A DNA stretch of 64,000 bases from Chlamydiia bacterium. Lineage in GTDB: Bacteria; Chlamydiota; Chlamydiia; Chlamydiales; Rhabdochlamydiaceae. Made by a program: the position numbers and the translations under genes. The DNA is taken from positions 288,001-352,000 of the forward strand of contig CAWDOQ010000002.1 in assembly GCA_963804085.1 (NCBI GenBank), in the 5' to 3' direction. Positions within the stretch are counted from its first letter, which is position 1. Every line of letters starts with the position of its first letter. Of the stretch, positions 19,552-29,938 are shown in pieces. The notes below the pieces were generated by a model, which saw only the letters and a program-made list of their open reading frames with translations, was not told the origin of the DNA and did not search any database.

Positions 19552-19686
19552 TTTGGAGTGCGGTGACTTGTCACCGCTTTTCTTTCCTAGCCTGATACAG
19601 CATCGAGCAGGGGCAGGGGGCTACTGCTCTGCAAACAAATGTGCCTATGGGCACATTTGTTTGTCTCCGCAGCACCGCACTCCAAA
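19552..19686. repeat. REP-like palindromic element between rplO and secY
   Basis: TTTGGAGTGCGGTG...CACCGCACTCCAAA arms with internal hairpins; same family as 36461-36585. Confidence 0.8.
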
Positions 19687-19687
19687 T

Positions 19688-20149
19688 TTAAGCTTCTGTA
19701 CTTACTTTATAGGAGATGGATTTCTTATCGAGTTTTTCTACAGCTGCTTTGGAAAATGCGGCTGCTTCGATAGAAACTTTCTTCTGGATCTCTCCATTTG
19801 CGAGCACTTTAATTCCGCCGACTGCTCTTCTTGGAGCAAGTCCTTTTTCTCGTAAAGAGGCGTAGCTTACCAGCTCTCCATCATTGAAGTGGGCGTTGAT
19901 AAGATCGAAATCGATTGGGAAAAACTCTTTGCGAAAGCGTGCATTTGGAAAACCTCTCACAGGAAGTTTTTTATAGAGTGGCGTTCCGCCGCCTTCTCTT
20001 CCGTAATTTCTCTCGTAACCGCGGCGTGCTTTATCACCCTTGTTGCCGCGTCCGCACGTCTTACCTCTTTTGCATCCAACGCCTCTTCCGACGCGTTGCA
20101 CCTTTTTTTTAGGGCGGTGGCTGTTCCTAAGTGTTGCGAGCGTAATCAT
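19688..20149 (-). CDS. rplO: 50S ribosomal protein L15
   Basis: RVGRGVG..RGKTCGRGNKG; EGGGTPLYKKLP. Confidence 0.96.
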   Translation of the reverse strand: MITLATLRNSHRPKKKVQRVGRGVGCKRGKTCGRGNKGDKARRGYERNYGREGGGTPLYKKLPVRGFPNARFRKEFFPIDFDLINAHFNDGELVSYASLREKGLAPRRAVGGIKVLANGEIQKKVSIEAAAFSKAAVEKLDKKSISYKVSTEA

Positions 20150-20649
20150 ACTGTAAGACCTCTTTCGGCTAAGCACTTTTTGCGGTTTCTCAAACTGGAG
20201 AGAGCCTTCAATGTGGCGCGTACTTGGTTTAATGGATTGTTAGAGCCAAAACTTTTGGCCACAACATCCTTAACGCCGCCCAGCTCTAAAACGGAGCGCA
20301 CTTTCGACCCTGCGATAACACCTGTTCCTTCGCGAGCAGGCTTCAAGAGAACGCGTGCACCATCCCATTCGACGGTGATCTCGTGAGGAATGCTTGTGCC
20401 TTCCATCTCAAAGGTTAAAACGTTCTTTCGCGCAGCCTCGGTTCCTTTGCGGATTGCATCGGAAACTTCGTTTGCTTTCGCAAAGCCAAATCCGATGTGG
20501 CCTTGTCCATCCCCGATTATAATGAGGGCAGAAAAGCTAAACTTTCTTCCGCCTTTAACAACTTTGGAGCAGCGGTTGATGTAGAGTACCTTCTCTTCAA
20601 ATTCCGTTCCAAAATCTTCGGCGCGCTGATGGTAGTTCATAGGGCTCAT
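20146..20649 (-). CDS. rpsE: 30S ribosomal protein S5
   Basis: KVVKGGRKFSFSAL; GTGVIAG. Confidence 0.97.
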   Translation of the reverse strand: MSPMNYHQRAEDFGTEFEEKVLYINRCSKVVKGGRKFSFSALIIIGDGQGHIGFGFAKANEVSDAIRKGTEAARKNVLTFEMEGTSIPHEITVEWDGARVLLKPAREGTGVIAGSKVRSVLELGGVKDVVAKSFGSNNPLNQVRATLKALSSLRNRKKCLAERGLTV

Positions 20650-20663
20650 CTATTCTCTTCCTC

Positions 20664-21038
20664 TTAAAATTGCATTCCACCTTCACGGGCTGCATTCGCA
20701 AGTTCTGCAATAACGCCGTGAAATTTAAATCTGCCGCGATCAAAAACGACCGCTTTAATGTTCTTCTGCTTCGCAAGCTCGGCAAGTTTCTGCCCTACGC
20801 TGCGAGCTGTTTCTTTTGGCTTCACCTTGCTCTTCTTGTTCGTACGGAGCTCTTTGCTCATTGTACCGAAGCTAGCAAGTGTGATCCCATTCTCATCATC
20901 GATGATCTGCGCAAAGAGATTGCGGTTTGTCTTATGAACAGATAAGCGGGGCTTTAGAGCTGATCCGCGCACCTGTTTTCTCACACGCCACGCTCTCTTT
21001 ATGCGTTTCTCATTGCGTTTAGTTAAGTAATTATCCAT
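20664..21038 (-). CDS. rplR: 50S ribosomal protein L18
   Basis: PRLSVHKTN..AQIIDD; VVFDRG; AREGG. Confidence 0.97.
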   Translation of the reverse strand: MDNYLTKRNEKRIKRAWRVRKQVRGSALKPRLSVHKTNRNLFAQIIDDENGITLASFGTMSKELRTNKKSKVKPKETARSVGQKLAELAKQKNIKAVVFDRGRFKFHGVIAELANAAREGGMQF

Positions 21039-21049
21039 AGGTTTTTTCT

Positions 21050-21604
21050 TTAAGCTGCTGCTGTTTTACCTTTTGCTGCTTTTCCGGCTTTTTTGCGGAC
21101 AAACTCATCCTCATACCGGATCCCCTTCCCTTTGTAGGGTTCTGGGGGTTTCATCGCGCGCACGGCGGCTGCAAATTGGCCTACCGCATGCTTGTCGGCT
21201 CCTGTGATCACGATCAACACGCTCTTGTCGATCGTTATCTGCACATTGCTAGGAATGCGAATCTTTGTGGGATGGGAAAAGCCGAGTTGCAAGTCGAGCA
21301 TATGTCCTTGCATCGCTGCTCTATATCCTACTCCGATTAGGGAGAGGCGCTTTTCAAATCCTTTGCTAACACCGATCACCATGTTGTTCACTGTAGCGCG
21401 ATAGCGTCCGTGTGTCGGCTTGGGCATTTCGACATTTTCATCTTTTACGACTACTACTTTGTCCCCTTCAATGTTTAAAGAGATGCCCTTTACAAGAGGA
21501 TATGTAAGCGTCCCCTTGGGTCCCTTCGCATGAATCGCATCGCCCGTTACTTTTAGCTCTACCCCTTTTGGGAGAGGAATTGGTGATTTTCCAAGTCGTG
21601 ACAT
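21050..21604 (-). CDS. rplF: 50S ribosomal protein L6
   Basis: GVGYRA; PPEPYKGKGIRY. Confidence 0.97.
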   Translation of the reverse strand: MSRLGKSPIPLPKGVELKVTGDAIHAKGPKGTLTYPLVKGISLNIEGDKVVVVKDENVEMPKPTHGRYRATVNNMVIGVSKGFEKRLSLIGVGYRAAMQGHMLDLQLGFSHPTKIRIPSNVQITIDKSVLIVITGADKHAVGQFAAAVRAMKPPEPYKGKGIRYEDEFVRKKAGKAAKGKTAAA

Positions 21605-21626
21605 GTATTACCTCTTTACTAAATTA

Positions 21627-22019
21627 CTACCAGACCAAGCAGAGTAACTCTCCGCCTACCTTCAGCTCGCGTGCCTTTTGCCCATCGATAATCCCAGCAG
21701 GTGTCGAAAGGATGGCAATCCCGAGTCCGCCTAAAACTACGGGGATCTTGTTATATCCCACATACCGTCTGAGGCCGGGAGAGGAGATTCTTTTCAGGTC
21801 TTGAATTACAGGCTCTCTTCCTTGCCCATATCTTAAATAGGCGCGGACTTTGCCCTCTTCTTCATTTACTAAAACTTTATCGAGAAATCCTTGCGCTTCC
21901 AAAACTTTGACGATACTAAGCTTTTCTCTACTAAATCTAAAATCCACAAATCGATGCCTTGCCATTTTGGCATTGCGTATGCGTGTCAAAAGATCAGCTA
22001 TCGGGTCGCTCATAGACAT
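21627..22019 (-). CDS. rpsH: 30S ribosomal protein S8
   Basis: DPIADLLTRIRNA; GGELLCLVW. Confidence 0.97.
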   Translation of the reverse strand: MSMSDPIADLLTRIRNAKMARHRFVDFRFSREKLSIVKVLEAQGFLDKVLVNEEEGKVRAYLRYGQGREPVIQDLKRISSPGLRRYVGYNKIPVVLGGLGIAILSTPAGIIDGQKARELKVGGELLCLVW

Positions 22020-22022
22020 CTC

Positions 22023-22574
22023 TTATTTCTCCGTTTCTGGCTTTTTGAAGGGAAGGCCGAGCATTTTCAAAAGCTCCACGCATTCCTCATCGGTAGTTGC
22101 TGTTGTGACGAAGGTGATATTCATCCCCTGCGTGCGTTTAATCTCATCAAGATTGAGTTCAGGAAAGATGATCTGCTCTTCTATTCCCAAAGAGTAGTTA
22201 CCGCGTCCATCCGACTTTAAAGGAAAACCTCGAAAGTCGCGGATGCGTGGAGAGACGATATTGCAAAAACGGTCGAAAAAGTCGTACATGCGCTTGTTAC
22301 GCAGTGTGACTTTAAGACCGATCGTCTGTCCCTCTCTCAATTTGAAATTGGCAATCGCTTTCTTTGCTCGTGTTGCAATCGGCTTTTGGCCTGAGAGTAG
22401 TGTCATCTCTTTAATGCAATCTTGGATCGCATTCTTATCTTTGGTCGCTTCTCCTAGCCCCATGCTAATCACAATCTTTTTAAGCTGAGGAACCAGCATT
22501 ATATTGGGGTAAGCGAATCGCTCTTGGAGCGCGCCTTTTACTTCCTCTTTGTACTTCTTGTATATTCTAGACAT
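22023..22574 (-). CDS. rplE: 50S ribosomal protein L5
   Basis: [27 protein letters not shown]. Confidence 0.97.
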   Translation of the reverse strand: MSRIYKKYKEEVKGALQERFAYPNIMLVPQLKKIVISMGLGEATKDKNAIQDCIKEMTLLSGQKPIATRAKKAIANFKLREGQTIGLKVTLRNKRMYDFFDRFCNIVSPRIRDFRGFPLKSDGRGNYSLGIEEQIIFPELNLDEIKRTQGMNITFVTTATTDEECVELLKMLGLPFKKPETEK

Positions 22575-22590
22575 CTCTTCTCACAAAAAT

Positions 22591-22923
22591 TTAAGCTTTC
22601 TTTCTTACTGAGCGATAGAGCACCTCTTTTTCACCTGCTCGGTAAAAAAGCTCTTTTTCGCCCTTCTTTGACTCTCTAACTTTTAGCTTCACTGGTTTTC
22701 CATCGTCATCGCAAACGGCGACGTTGGAGATATGCATCGGCATTTCCATTTCCATCACTTCAGGCTTCGGTGTCTTAGTTTTGCGTTTGACATGCTTTTT
22801 ACGGATGTTCAAACCTTGAATGACAACGCGATCACCTGCACGTGAGAGCACCTTACCAACACGGCCGCGCTCATTGCCTGCAATGACAACTACTTTGTCA
22901 TCTTTGCGTATCCACTTGCTCAT
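22591..22923 (-). CDS. rplX: 50S ribosomal protein L24
   Basis: KOW motif; PMHISNV. Confidence 0.96.
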   Translation of the reverse strand: MSKWIRKDDKVVVIAGNERGRVGKVLSRAGDRVVIQGLNIRKKHVKRKTKTPKPEVMEMEMPMHISNVAVCDDDGKPVKLKVRESKKGEKELFYRAGEKEVLYRSVRKKA

Positions 22924-23288
22924 AGAACCTCCGGTGCGAGTGAGGTGATTTTTACAAAACCTTTTTCACGCACTTCACGCGCTACAGGTCCAAAAATACG
23001 GGTCCCGCGTGGATTGTCTTTATCGTCGACAATGACGCAGCTGTTATCGTAAAAGCGTAAAAAAGAACCATCCGCTCTTCGGATATAGCTCTTAGTACGG
23101 ACGATAACCGCGCGGACAACCTCTCCCTTTTTGACGCTTCCTTGGGGATCCGCTTCTTTAACAGAACAGATGATGATATCGCCGACATTTGCATAGCGTC
23201 TTCTAGAACCGCGCAACACTTTAAAGCAGCGAACCTTTTTGGCTCCTGAGTTATCGGCAACGATAAGATTGGTCTCTTGTTGAATCAT
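22920..23288 (-). CDS. rplN: 50S ribosomal protein L14
   Basis: [26 protein letters not shown]. Confidence 0.98.
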   Translation of the reverse strand: MIQQETNLIVADNSGAKKVRCFKVLRGSRRRYANVGDIIICSVKEADPQGSVKKGEVVRAVIVRTKSYIRRADGSFLRFYDNSCVIVDDKDNPRGTRIFGPVAREVREKGFVKITSLAPEVL

Positions 23289-23291
23289 GAC

Positions 23292-23546
23292 TTACTCCAC
23301 AATGCTCAGCACACGCCAGCGCTTCAATTTTGATATTGGTCGGGTTTCCATTATTTTTACGCGCTGTCCTACTTGGATATCGTTATTTTCGACATGTGCG
23401 TAATACTTTTTGCCGCGCGTTACTACTTTATGAAAGAGAGGGTGGCGAAAAGTTCTTACCACTTTGACTGTGACTGTCTTATTCATCTTGTTAGACACCA
23501 CAACTCCCTCTTCCACTTTACGCCTCATTTCAGGCTTGTTTTCCAT
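23292..23546 (-). CDS. rpsQ: 30S ribosomal protein S17
   Basis: [22 protein letters not shown]. Confidence 0.97.
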   Translation of the reverse strand: MENKPEMRRKVEEGVVVSNKMNKTVTVKVVRTFRHPLFHKVVTRGKKYYAHVENNDIQVGQRVKIMETRPISKLKRWRVLSIVE

Positions 23547-23555
23547 AAATCGTCC

Positions 23556-23756
23556 TTAAATTTTTTCGCTCTTTTGTGAGAGTACTGTCAAAATACGTGC
23601 GCGATCTCTCTTCTTCTCGCGAAGCTCATGCGGCTTTTCGATCTTGCGGGTTGTTTTCAGCTCGCTATTCATCTTGTAGATGTCGCGCGCTAGCTCCTCG
23701 CACTTCTTTTGCAGCTCCTGCACGGTCTCTTCTTTTAATTCTTTTGCTTGCAGCAT
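23556..23756 (-). CDS. rpmC: 50S ribosomal protein L29
   Basis: Size, operon position, [10 protein letters not shown]. Confidence 0.93.
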   Translation of the reverse strand: MLQAKELKEETVQELQKKCEELARDIYKMNSELKTTRKIEKPHELREKKRDRARILTVLSQKSEKI

Positions 23757-23758
23757 CT

Positions 23759-24178
23759 TTACACTCTCTCCACACGCTCTACAAAGCGTGTTTTTATCGC
23801 TATTTTAGCGGCTGCGCGTCTTAGCGCATTTTGTGCCATCTCTTTGGGTACGCCACCCACTTCGAAAAGAATTCTTCCTGGGCGAATGACAGCTACCCAA
23901 TGGTCAGGTGCGCCTTTTCCTTTACCCATGCGTGTCTCGGCAGGTTTCTTACTCACCGACTTATCAGGGAAGATGCGGATCCAGACCTGACCTCTACGAT
24001 TGAAGTAGCGGTTGATCGCAACGCGACACGCTTCAATCTGATGGTTGGTAAGGCGTCCTCTTCCTAAGGCTTTCATTCCAAAATCGCCAAATTCGACAAA
24101 ATTGCCGCCTTTGCTCAATCCCGTATGTTTTCCTTTTTGCATTTTGCGGAACTTAGTCCGCACTGGCATCATGGACAT
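23759..24178 (-). CDS. rplP: 50S ribosomal protein L16
   Basis: RMGKGKG; QIEACR. Confidence 0.97.
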   Translation of the reverse strand: MSMMPVRTKFRKMQKGKHTGLSKGGNFVEFGDFGMKALGRGRLTNHQIEACRVAINRYFNRRGQVWIRIFPDKSVSKKPAETRMGKGKGAPDHWVAVIRPGRILFEVGGVPKEMAQNALRRAAAKIAIKTRFVERVERV

Positions 24179-24180
24179 AA

Positions 24181-24825
24181 TTAGCCTCCAGCCCTTTTCA
24201 CTGTCTCTTCACCTTTGTTAATCCACACTTTGACACCAATCGATCCGTATGTCGTCTCGGCTCTGCCCATCGCATAATCGATATCTGCGCGGAGTGTGTG
24301 GAGAGGAACGCGTCCCTCTTTGTACCATTCGGTACGCGCAATCTCAGCGCCCCCGATGCGTCCTGCAACTTGAACTTTGATCCCTGCAGCTCCAGCATCG
24401 CGTGCTGCTTGCAGCGCTTTTTTCATAACTCTTCGGAATGGAACCCGTCTTTCGAGTTGTTTGGCAATTCCATCTGCAACAAGTTTTGCATCTAAGTCTG
24501 GGCGCTTGATCTCTTCTACTTCGATCCAGATCTCTTTTCCTGTCAGCGCCTTAAGCTCCTGCTTTAAAATGTCGATGTCTGCGCCTTTTTTCCCGATCAC
24601 AAGACCTGGTTTTGAGGTGTGGATCGTGATCTCGATCTTGTCGCTCATTCTGCGGATGGTCAACTGAGAAGCACCTACGCAGCATGGCTTTGACATGAGA
24701 ATTTTACGCAGTTTATAATCTTCACCTAAAAGTGTGCCGAACTCCTGTTTGTTTGCAAACCAGACCGATCTCCACTTTTTGGTGAGCGCTAATCTAAATC
24801 CTATTGGCGATGTCTTTTGTCCCAT
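24181..24825 (-). CDS. rpsC: 30S ribosomal protein S3
   Basis: [23 protein letters not shown]. Confidence 0.98.
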   Translation of the reverse strand: MGQKTSPIGFRLALTKKWRSVWFANKQEFGTLLGEDYKLRKILMSKPCCVGASQLTIRRMSDKIEITIHTSKPGLVIGKKGADIDILKQELKALTGKEIWIEVEEIKRPDLDAKLVADGIAKQLERRVPFRRVMKKALQAARDAGAAGIKVQVAGRIGGAEIARTEWYKEGRVPLHTLRADIDYAMGRAETTYGSIGVKVWINKGEETVKRAGG

Positions 24826-24827
24826 GT

Positions 24828-25163
24828 CTATTCGGCTCCTACTACAATAGTAAAATGGCTTGTGCGTTTCATGATCGGCACACGGCCTCCCTTGCTTTTG
24901 GATTTCGCTCTTTTGAGCACAGGACCGGCATCCACTCGAACCTCTTGCACTTTCAAATCACGTCTTTGAACGTTATGCTGCGTCTCGGCATTAGCGACGG
25001 CGCTGTTTAAGGTCTTCTGGAGCAGTCTTCCTGCTTTTAACTTGCAGAACGTAAGCTGAAGTGTCGCCTCTTCTACAGTCAAACCACGGATAAGATCCGC
25101 AGCAAGCCTTGCTTTGCGAGGAGGGATTCTAATGTTCTTCGTCTGAGCGCGTGCTTTTGACAT
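24828..25163 (-). CDS. rplV: 50S ribosomal protein L22
   Basis: [20 protein letters not shown]. Confidence 0.97.
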   Translation of the reverse strand: MSKARAQTKNIRIPPRKARLAADLIRGLTVEEATLQLTFCKLKAGRLLQKTLNSAVANAETQHNVQRRDLKVQEVRVDAGPVLKRAKSKSKGGRVPIMKRTSHFTIVVGAE

Positions 25164-25168
25164 ATGCG

Positions 25169-25549
25169 TTATACCTTACCTTTTGGTGCACTAGCGGCAG
25201 GTGCAGCGGCAGCGGGTGCTCCAGCGGCCCCTGATGAACCAGCAGCTCCGGCTGCAGGAGCAGAAGCGGCAGCAGCAGCTTCGGCAATTTTCTTCGATCC
25301 GTGGCTCTTAAAGATGCGTGTCGGAGAAAATTCGCCCAGTCTATGCCCTACCATGTTTTCTGAAATAAATACTGTTATAAATTTGCGACCATTGTGGACT
25401 TCAAACGTATGGCCAATCATGTCGGGGATGATCATCGATCTTCTGGACCAAGTTTTCACAACTTTTTTGGTCCCCGTGCTATTTTGTTTAGTCACTTTGT
25501 CTAAAAGGTGGTGGTCGACAAAGGGTCCTTTTCTTAGTGATCTCCCCAT
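25169..25549 (-). CDS. rpsS: 30S ribosomal protein S19 with Ala/Gly/Pro-rich C-terminal extension
   Basis: [23 protein letters not shown]. Confidence 0.97.
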   Translation of the reverse strand: MGRSLRKGPFVDHHLLDKVTKQNSTGTKKVVKTWSRRSMIIPDMIGHTFEVHNGRKFITVFISENMVGHRLGEFSPTRIFKSHGSKKIAEAAAAASAPAAGAAGSSGAAGAPAAAAPAASAPKGKV

Positions 25550-25557
25550 AAAATCCT

Positions 25558-26403
25558 CTATTTCCTTCTATCCTTTACGAGCCATTTAGTAGTCTTTCTC
25601 TTATTACGGGTGCGATAACCCTTCGTATACATCGCCCAGGGTGTCTGGGGTAAGTAGCCGTTATGTTTACCTTCGCCTCCCCCGTGTGGGTGGTCGACAG
25701 GATTCATCGCCGTACCGCGCACAGTGGGACGGATCCCTTTCCAGCGCATACGGCCCGCTTTACCTTCGACACGGAGATTTCTCTCCGCATTGGAGACTAC
25801 TCCAAATGTCGCACGGCAATCTTCGTTGATCATGCGGATTTCGCCGGAGGGCATTTTTAAGGTGACATAGCCACCGCTGCGCGCCATAAGCTGCGCACTG
25901 AGCCCTGCAGAGCGGACTAATTTTCCGCCGCGTCCGGGATGCATTTCAATGTTATGTACAACAGAACCGAGCGGCATAGACTTAAGTCTCATGCAGCAAC
26001 CTACATCAAAAGGAGGCTCGTCGCTTGTTGTGATCGTGTCTCCTGGTTTCAAACCTTGCGGAGCTAAAATGTATCTCTTTTCACCATCCACATAGTGGAG
26101 GAGCGCGATATGCGCACTGCGGTTAGGATCGTATTCGATATAGGTCACCTGCGCAGGAATATTTTCCTTATCTCTTTTGAAATCGACGATACGGATAAAC
26201 TTTTTATGTGCGGCACCCCCGCGGTGGCGGCAGGTGATATGTCCATGGTGGTTGCGTCCATTGGTACGTATCTGGCGCACGACAAGAGATTTTTCTGGCT
26301 CAACAGTTGCGCGCTTGGACTTGCCCACACGCGTCAACGCCTCGTTGCTTGTTAAAACAAGCTCGCGGCTGCTAGGTGTTACGGGTCTAAATTTCTTTGT
26401 CAT
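25558..26403 (-). CDS. rplB: 50S ribosomal protein L2
   Basis: [21 protein letters not shown]. Confidence 0.98.
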   Translation of the reverse strand: MTKKFRPVTPSSRELVLTSNEALTRVGKSKRATVEPEKSLVVRQIRTNGRNHHGHITCRHRGGAAHKKFIRIVDFKRDKENIPAQVTYIEYDPNRSAHIALLHYVDGEKRYILAPQGLKPGDTITTSDEPPFDVGCCMRLKSMPLGSVVHNIEMHPGRGGKLVRSAGLSAQLMARSGGYVTLKMPSGEIRMINEDCRATFGVVSNAERNLRVEGKAGRMRWKGIRPTVRGTAMNPVDHPHGGGEGKHNGYLPQTPWAMYTKGYRTRNKRKTTKWLVKDRRK

Positions 26404-26418
26404 ATCGCAAATCTCTTC

Positions 26419-26751
26419 TTATTTTTCTTCAATGCTATTGCCGGGCTGTAAGGTCACCACAGCTTTTTTAAAGCCGGCTTTAAATCCGACTCTTCCGCGC
26501 ACACGGCGCTCTTTTTGCTTTACTGTGATCGTGTTGACTTTCATCACACGCACCTTTTTGTCTGCATAAATCTCTTCGACTGCTTGCGCAATCTCCTGCT
26601 TATTCGCTCTCTTGTCGACGATAAACACGTATTTAGGAGAGTCGCATTTTTTCACACATGGATTGCTCTCATTTGATTTGAGCTGCTCCAGCATTTTTGC
26701 TTTTTCAGTGAGATAACGGGACTTGATAACGTCGTAAGGGCTTTTTTTCAT
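26419..26751 (-). CDS. rplW: 50S ribosomal protein L23
   Basis: ANKQEIAQAVE; KKAVVTL. Confidence 0.96.
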   Translation of the reverse strand: MKKSPYDVIKSRYLTEKAKMLEQLKSNESNPCVKKCDSPKYVFIVDKRANKQEIAQAVEEIYADKKVRVMKVNTITVKQKERRVRGRVGFKAGFKKAVVTLQPGNSIEEK

Positions 26752-26754
26752 AAA

Positions 26755-27480
26755 TTATGCCTTTCCTCCCATTAACACCATGAGTTCATCTACAGCGGGC
26801 TCTAAAAGCACGATCTCGTAGCTTACGGCGATGTCATATCCGCTGGCATTAGGAAGAAGAAGGAACTGTGTTTTAGGGATGTTGCGTAAGCTTTTGTGAA
26901 ACGCGCCATATTTTTCGCCTGGGAGCATGCTCGCTTGCACAGCTTGCCCTTCGCTCTTTTTTGCACCCTTCTTTTTAGATGCTTTTTCGGCTGTTACAAC
27001 TCCTTCTCCTAAAAAGAGAATGCGCTTTCCAACGAGCTCTCTAGTTTTAAGAAAATCGGCGACACTCTTTGTCTTTGGAGCGTCAAACTTATCGAATGTC
27101 AAAATGTGAATATTGTTTTGCTGGATCTTCTCTGCAAGAAGTGTGCGAATTGCTGCACGCTTCTCTTTTCTATTGATACGGACGTGCTGATCAAATTTAG
27201 GACGTGGCGCATGGACTCTTCCGCCCCCTTTGTACTGAGGAGCTCCGAGATATCCTTGTCGTGCGCGTCCTGTGCCTTTTTGCGGATGCGGTTTCTTACC
27301 GCTATGGCACACTTCTGCTCTAGTCTTAGTGTTTGCAGACCATTGGCGCGCATTAGCACGCAGGGCCACGATATAATCTTTGATCATCTGATTGTTTGAT
27401 TTCGTGTCGAGAAGGTCATCCGCGATTTCCACCTTCCCCACTTCACTGCCTGTAAGATCGTATTTCTTTAGAATCGCCAT
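26755..27480 (-). CDS. rplD: 50S ribosomal protein L4
   Basis: KPHPQKGTGRARQG. Confidence 0.97.
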   Translation of the reverse strand: MAILKKYDLTGSEVGKVEIADDLLDTKSNNQMIKDYIVALRANARQWSANTKTRAEVCHSGKKPHPQKGTGRARQGYLGAPQYKGGGRVHAPRPKFDQHVRINRKEKRAAIRTLLAEKIQQNNIHILTFDKFDAPKTKSVADFLKTRELVGKRILFLGEGVVTAEKASKKKGAKKSEGQAVQASMLPGEKYGAFHKSLRNIPKTQFLLLPNASGYDIAVSYEIVLLEPAVDELMVLMGGKA

Positions 27481-27486
27481 AAAGCC

Positions 27487-28143
27487 CTATTTCTTTACCT
27501 GCTGAGATGCGTTTTTTTTCTTTGCTTTAGTGATGTAGACGAGTCTTCCACGTGCGCCAGGAATTGCTCCTCTAACGATAATCACTTGTTTTTCCGCATC
27601 GATTTTTACAACTTTTAAATTTTGCACGGTGACTGCCTCGGCACCCATGTGGCCCGCCTTCTTTTGTCCAGGCAAGCAGCGTCCAGGAGAAGTACGCATA
27701 CCGCAAGATCCGCCGTGTCTATGGAAACCAGAACCGTGTGCAGCAGGTCCGCCGGCAAAGTTGTGGCGCTTAATAACACCCTGATATCCTTTACCTTTAG
27801 AAATCCCTGCAACGTCGACGTACGTGCAATCTGCAAACTGGGCCACGCTGATCTCCTGACCTGGTTTAAACTCTTCCACTTTCTCTACGTGCGATTCAGC
27901 AAAATATCTTCTGGGTTCAACTCCTGCTTTTGCAAAGTGTCCATGCATCGGTTTCGTGATGCTCTTTGGCTTAGGCTGTTTAAAAGCAGCGAGCTGCACG
28001 GCATTATACCCATCGATCTCTTTCGTCTTGATTTGAGCGACGACATGAGGCTCGGCAGAGATCACGGTACAGGGGACTAGATTGCCGTTCTCATCGAACA
28101 GCCTCGTCATTCCCATCTTTTTTCCCATCATTTTTAGCGTCAT
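27487..28143 (-). CDS. rplC: 50S ribosomal protein L3
   Basis: GKKMGMT; SKGKGYQGVIKRH. Confidence 0.97.
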   Translation of the reverse strand: MTLKMMGKKMGMTRLFDENGNLVPCTVISAEPHVVAQIKTKEIDGYNAVQLAAFKQPKPKSITKPMHGHFAKAGVEPRRYFAESHVEKVEEFKPGQEISVAQFADCTYVDVAGISKGKGYQGVIKRHNFAGGPAAHGSGFHRHGGSCGMRTSPGRCLPGQKKAGHMGAEAVTVQNLKVVKIDAEKQVIIVRGAIPGARGRLVYITKAKKKNASQQVKK

Positions 28144-28288
28144 AAACTTATCCTTTATCCATTATTCGCCGTAAAACACTCGTGTAATAAGAGTGGAGAA
28201 AGCTAAGCGAAGAGGCTAGCAAAATTCTTGATTTTCAGACAATCGAAAATGTTCTACTGAATTAGAAAGATACTCAAGAAGTGCCATT

Positions 28289-28669
28289 TCACTCAACTTT
28301 TTTCTTCTTTGGCCCCCTTTTTGGAAGGGTAGTTTTAGCAGGGACAAAGAGGGTATCTGAAGAATAATAGACCCTTTTTATTTTTAATTTCCGCCTATCG
28401 GCATTTTTTTGTAGTTTTACTGTTTTTAAGACCTCGCGCAAGGTGATGCCGGGTGGAAAGTGGTAGATACCGGGCGAGACTACAGCCCCTTCGATTTTCA
28501 AAGAGAGGAGGGGTGCAGACTGGCGAAAACCGACCTGAATCTCTTCTTTTACGACACGGTCCGCTCGCCAAGAGATGGCTCCTAAAGAAAAGATGATACC
28601 GCCCACCAAGACTACAGCTATCCACTCGCGGATTAAGAGCTTAGCTTCGGGCAGATCCCGATCTGACAT
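28289..28669 (-). CDS. SLBB-domain membrane-anchored protein (ComEA N-terminal-like)
   Basis: One TM followed by IEGAVVSPGIY. Confidence 0.7.
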   Translation of the reverse strand: MSDRDLPEAKLLIREWIAVVLVGGIIFSLGAISWRADRVVKEEIQVGFRQSAPLLSLKIEGAVVSPGIYHFPPGITLREVLKTVKLQKNADRRKLKIKRVYYSSDTLFVPAKTTLPKRGPKKKKVE

Positions 28670-29247
28670 GTTCCTCCGGCGTTTAAGGCAGAGAAGAAAC
28701 TCAAGAGAAAAATACTGGTGTTCCAGACCTCAAAAAAGGGAATCCCCACAAACATCGCGACAATTCCTAAAATCGCTAAAACAAGGGTACAGACGCGCGA
28801 GACCAGATAAAAGAGAGCCGCATTTCTTTTTTGATACCCCTCTATCTCAGTCTCCTTGACCTCCATGAGCTCCCAGGCATTGCCGAGCTTGTACGCCTCT
28901 TCTGCAATGCCAAAACAGGCGATGAGGGCAGACGCCCCATAACCAAACAGTTTGGAGACAGCGAGAGCTGTTTCTCCTAAAGAGATGACTTTTACAGAGT
29001 CTGCCCAAGTCGCAAGAGTTGCGCTTCCATAGACAAAATTGATCCCATTTCGCGCAAATTGCATAGGAGCAACTCTTTCGCCACAGAGGCACGAAGAGGT
29101 GTCGCAGACGACGCGAGCCGCGCTATCAACCCAAATAGCTGCCCAAAAAATGCCGAAAATGGTGTTGGCGGGGCTGGAGGTCACTTCATCAAAGCCAAGC
29201 CAAAATGGAGTCGGCGCAACCGGTGTTGTAAGGGAAATAGATGTCAT
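28633..29247 (-). CDS. Inc/Cap1-like membrane protein (paralog 3)
   Basis: C-terminal bilobed hydrophobic region; lies at the cap1 position between rplC and fmt. Confidence 0.6.
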   Translation of the reverse strand: MTSISLTTPVAPTPFWLGFDEVTSSPANTIFGIFWAAIWVDSAARVVCDTSSCLCGERVAPMQFARNGINFVYGSATLATWADSVKVISLGETALAVSKLFGYGASALIACFGIAEEAYKLGNAWELMEVKETEIEGYQKRNAALFYLVSRVCTLVLAILGIVAMFVGIPFFEVWNTSIFLLSFFSALNAGGTCQIGICPKLSS

Positions 29248-29253
29248 ATTAAA

Positions 29254-29934
29254 TCATGCAGGTTCAAAGCACATGCGCTCATAAAAAACTGCTGATATTT
29301 TTGCAGAGATGTAAATAGTAGACAAGCCAAGAGTCACGGGGGGCATCAGAAAAATAACCCCGAATGCAGCCTCGATCACAAGAGCTAACAGCCCAAGCGC
29401 TGCCATCGCAATAGAGGCGATGTCTCGCACCAGCTTCAAGAGCGGAAGCCAGGGATCCTCTTCTGTATACATCTTTTGAAGCAGCTCATTAAACGATGCC
29501 ACATCGGAATAAAGAGAGGTAGCATTGTAGATCCCATCCAGAATCGGAAAAGAAGCTCCTCCCAAATGGATCCACTCGCGCGCATGCAGATGCATGGCTG
29601 CTTTACAGCCTCTATTTACAAAATCGGCTCCTTGCACAAACGCGCTATCCCACGCCTTCTGAACTTTTTCCGGGTTCGGATCGAAGAACTCTTTTGCACA
29701 AAGCGCATCGATAAATTTAGCGCCTTCTGCAAACGCAACAGGCCAAGCCATAAATGAAGAGCCGTCTGCACTCATGTTCTTGATGCAGTCTAAAACCCCG
29801 CCCTTGCTTCCGCTTTCGGGCGAAAGCGTTTGCACCCAATGCGCACCTGTATGGAAAATTTCGAAGAAATCTGTCGCGCCGCTTGTGGTCGTAAAATAGG
29901 ACCCTATTTGACCGCAAAAACTTAGGCGCGACAT
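29254..29934 (-). CDS. Inc/Cap1-like membrane protein (paralog 2)
   Basis: Likely start MSRLSF at 29934; same architecture as its neighbours. Confidence 0.6.
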   Translation of the reverse strand: MSRLSFCGQIGSYFTTTSGATDFFEIFHTGAHWVQTLSPESGSKGGVLDCIKNMSADGSSFMAWPVAFAEGAKFIDALCAKEFFDPNPEKVQKAWDSAFVQGADFVNRGCKAAMHLHAREWIHLGGASFPILDGIYNATSLYSDVASFNELLQKMYTEEDPWLPLLKLVRDIASIAMAALGLLALVIEAAFGVIFLMPPVTLGLSTIYISAKISAVFYERMCFEPA

Positions 29935-29938
29935 GTTA

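Noticed and set aside
15692-28143. Missing rpsJ, rpsN, rpmD, adk, infA, rpmJ and rpsD in the ribosomal cluster
   Set aside because: This matches the usual chlamydial arrangement and is not novel.
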